This document shows, piece by piece, positions 60,874 through 64,000 of a DNA stretch of 64,000 bases; the stretch's first letter is position 1, and the number at the start of each line of letters is the position of its first letter. Under the pieces are notes generated by a model that worked only from the letters and a program-made list of their open reading frames with translations, ran no database searches and was not told where the DNA came from. This DNA comes from an uncultured Acidimicrobiales bacterium (GTDB lineage: Bacteria; Actinomycetota; Acidimicrobiia; Acidimicrobiales; CAWCAL01): NCBI GenBank assembly GCA_963793475.1, contig CAWCAL010000006.1, positions 98,610 through 162,609 on the forward strand. Reading direction: 5' to 3'. The position numbers and the translations under genes are program-made.

Positions 60874-62558
60874 ATGCGAACCGGTGTCGTCTCCCCCCAT
60901 CCCTCGCCCGAGCGAGTCCGTCAGGCCAGCCTCGACGACCTGGGCCAGCCGCTGCACGACGTCCGGTTCTGCGTGCTCGACCTGGAGACCACCGGTGGCG
61001 ACCCGGCCGCTTGCGCCATCACCGAGGTGGGAGCGGCGCTCTACCGCGGCGGCACACTGCTGGGCACCTTCCAGACGCTGGTCAATCCGGGCCACGCCAT
61101 CCCGCCCCGCATCACGATGCTCACCGGCATCTCGGAGGCGATGGTCATGACCGCCCCGGCCATCGACACCGTGCTCCCCTCGCTGCTCGAGTTCATCGGC
61201 GACGCGGTCATCGTGGGGCACAACATCCGCTTCGACGTCTCCTTCCTCAATGGGGCGCTCGAGCAGAGCCGACGCCCGCGGCTCCCCCATCTGACCCTCG
61301 ACACCCTGGGCCTGGCCCGACGACTCCTCAACGACGAGGTCCCCAACCACAAGCTGGGAACGCTCGCGTCCCGGCTCAATCTGCCCAACCGGCCCAGCCA
61401 CCGAGCGCTCGACGACGCTCTGGCCACCGCCGACCTGCTCCATGTGCTCCTCGAGCGGGTGGGCACCATGGGCATCACCGGGCTCGACGACCTGCTCACG
61501 CTTCCCACCATCAAGGGCCATCCCCAGTTGAGCAAACTGGGCCTGACCGACCGCTTGCCCCGTTCTCGAGGTGTGTACCTGTTCCGCGATCGCCACGGCC
61601 GGGTCCTGTACGTGGGCAAGGCCTCCAATCTCCGGACCCGGGTGCGCTCCTACTTCTCGGGCGACACACGCCGGAAGGTCGGCCAGCTGCTGCGCGAGAC
61701 CGACCGGGTCGACCACATCGAGTGTCCGGCCCCGCTCGAGGCGGACGTCCTCGAGATGCGCCTGATCCACCAGCACGAACCGCGATTCAACCGCGACGGC
61801 ACCCGTTGGCGTCGCTACCGCTACCTCAAGCTGACCCTGGACGAACCGTTCCCCCGTTTCTCCATCGTGCGCAAGCCCAAGGCCGACGGCGGCCTCTACC
61901 TCGGCCCCATCGGATCCACCCGAGCCGCCAAGCGGGTGCAGGAGGCGATCGAGAGTGTGGTACCCATCCGGCGCTGCACCGGCGATCCGCGGCGCAGCAC
62001 CCGGACCTCTCCGTGCGTCCCGGCCCAGCTCGGCGTGGCCCTCTGCCCGTGCACCGGCGAGGTCGACCCCGAGCACTACCGGGCCACGATCCAGCGCATC
62101 GTGCGCGGCCTGACCGACGATGCCTCGCTGCTGTTGGAGCCGCTCGACCAGCGCATGCAGAACCTGGCCGCAGCTTCACGGTTCGAGGAGGCGGCCGACA
62201 CCCGCGATCGGGCCCAGGCACTGACGCGGGCCATGGCCCGCCAACGCCGGTTCGACGCGCTGCGAACGGCCGGTACGATCCGGATCGAGCTTCCCGGTCA
62301 AGGGGGCGCCGAGGTGCAGAACGGCCGACTCGTCTCGGCGTGGACCGACGACGGCCAGCCCCGGCTGGGGTTCGATGCGGACCGGCCGCCGCCCGGGTCC
62401 GGGCAGCCGATCGCCAGCGACAGGTCGACGAACTGCGCTGCATCGTCAGCTGGCTCGACCAGCGAGCGCATCGGCTCCGCCTGGTCCATGCCGACGAGCC
62501 CCTCCGGTCGCCGTACCCCAGATTGCCCGACTTCGTTCCCACCCGAGCGGCCGGCTGA
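60874..62558 (+). CDS. DEDDh 3'-5' exonuclease fused to a UvrC-like GIY-YIG endonuclease (Rv2191-like; frameshift near 62420)
   Basis: LDLETTG, GHNIRFD, HRALDDA; GVYLF...VLYVGKASNLRTRVRSYF; Cys cluster; UVR motif RFEEAADTRDR. Confidence 0.95.
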
Positions 62559-62602
62559 CCCGGCCGGGTTCGCTCCTACGACGCGCCACTAGGCTCGAGC
62601 CC

Positions 62603-63143
62603 GTGGAGTTCCTGATGTTCCTTGCCCTTCTTCTGCTGACTCTGGTGGCGGTCACCGTCGGGTTGATCGTGCTGGCGATCTACGGGGTCAAGCGCTCCAA
62701 CCGGATCAGCCCGAAAGCGCGCGAGCCCTGCTCCGACCGCCTGGCTCGCTTCTCCCAGCGCGGCGGCCCGGTTCCATCGACGCCTCAAGGCCGCGACCCG
62801 ACGAGCGCAGGCCATCGCCAAGCGCAGCGGCCAGGGCACCGAGGTCCAGCGCCTGGCTGCCGAGCTCGAGCACGAATCGCTGGTGATCGGAGACGAGCTC
62901 GCCGTCGTCGCCAGCGCGCCGGCCCCCCACCGGCGAGCCCATCTGGCCGCCATCGAGCCCAAGGTCCGCCAGGTCGAGTCGCTGGCCCAGCGCCTCGCCG
63001 CCGCAGCGAATCCACCTCAGACCGCTCCAGGGCTGGTTCCCGAACCCGAGGGATTGGACCGGCTCGCCGAAGCGCTGGACACGATGGAAGCCGCCCGCCA
63101 GGAGGTGGACCGAGCCGAGCGGGGCGAGACCGGCGCCAGCTGA
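62603..63143 (+). CDS. Hypothetical membrane-anchored helical protein (frameshift near 62730)
   Basis: N-terminal TM segment, then PTAWLASPSAAARFHRRL and a coiled coil. TAGGCT lies 7 nt before the GTG. Confidence 0.7.
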
Positions 63144-63160
63144 ACGGGCGTCCGGACCGG

Positions 63161-64000
63161 CTACGCCAGCTGGCCGTGCGCTCGACGAGCCGTCGATACA
63201 GGTCCTCGACCGCACCATTCGGAGTGCGTCGGCACCGACGCGGGACGCCTTCCGCCAGATCGGTCACCACCCCGGCGACAACGAGTCCAGCAGCGGCGTT
63301 GAGCAGCACCAGATCGAGCACCGGCCCCCGGTCACCAGCCAGCAGGCCGTGGAAGAGAGCGGCGTTGCGTTCGGGTCCTCCGCCTTCGATGACACCGTCG
63401 GCGATCTGCTCCAGACCGGCGTCGGCCGGCGTGACGGTCAGCTCCTCGACCACGCCCCCGGCAACGGCCCAGACCGCACTGGAGCCGGCCAGGGTCAACT
63501 CGTCGAATCCATCGCTGCCGTGCACCACCCAGGCGTGCGGGACTCCGTCGCTGGGCCAGGACGCCGGCAACCAGCGGGGCAAGGTCGGGCGCGCTCACAC
63601 CGATCACCTGACGGGTGATGCGACCCAGGGTGGGACAGCGGGCCGAGGATGTTGAAGACCGAGGGAATTCCCAGCGGCGGCGCGCACCGGTCCGGCATGG
63701 CGCATGGCCGGATGGAACACCCGGGCGTAGGCGAACCCCAGCCCCAGCTCGTTCACGCAGGCGGCGACACCGGCCGGGCTGAGTTCGACCGTGAGGCCGA
63801 GCGCTTCGAGCAGGTCGCTGCTGCCGCTGGACGACGAAGCCTTCCGATTGCCGTGCTTGCAGACCGTGGCGCCGCCCGCGGCGGCCACGAAGCTCGCCAT
63901 GGTCGACACGTTCACGGCATTGCTCCGACGACGGGTCGACCCGCCCGTGCCCACGATGTCGATCGCCGTATCGGGGATGTCCAGCGGCTCGGCCGCAGCC
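63161..64000 (-). CDS. trpD: Anthranilate phosphoribosyltransferase (5' part outside the window; frameshifted)
   Basis: DIVGTGG, NVSTMAS, KHGNRKASSSSGSSDLLEALG, FHPAMRH, FNILGPL, VHGSDGFDE, LNAAAGL. Confidence 0.95.

Overview
High-GC actinobacterial chromosomal DNA. The gene set (bpa, sepF/divIVA, ppm1-like, pimB-like, MoxR-DUF58-transglutaminase-DUF3040, murB inside the dcw cluster, queG) suggests class Acidimicrobiia; this is an inference. The window is almost entirely core genome. From left to right it holds the edge of a surface-polysaccharide locus (1-5 kb), dnaE/bpa/Rrf2/rluD/lspA/DksA-like genes (7-15 kb), a dcw cluster from mraZ to divIVA that lacks murF (15.5-33.3 kb), metabolic genes and a MoxR module (33.8-47.5 kb), an OmpR/histidine kinase/GerMN lipoprotein trio, glpK and an aminotransferase (47.6-54 kb), and a small DNA-damage-flavoured cluster plus trpD (59-64 kb). 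Many genes, including essential ones (ftsZ, ftsW, murB, murE, sepF), carry single-base frameshifts. These are most likely long-read consensus errors, so many coordinates are reconstructed across frames and apparent fusions should be distrusted. I found no rRNA, tRNA, CRISPR array, transposase, integrase or phage gene, and no clear multi-gene novel system. The strongest unexplained signals are: (i) a ~140-nt three-way-junction RNA with a 30-bp stem between mraZ and rsmH; (ii) a 3 x 99-bp tandem array bounded by 16-bp terminal inverted repeats just upstream of the dcw promoter; (iii) Cys-rich microproteins, one behind a PafBC-like promoter, divergent from an SOS-boxed DEDD/GIY-YIG nuclease; (iv) several proteins that appear to have lost catalytic or metal-binding motifs (SMC/YhaN-like, BY-kinase-like, DksA-like, ROK); and (v) pervasive leaderless promoters.
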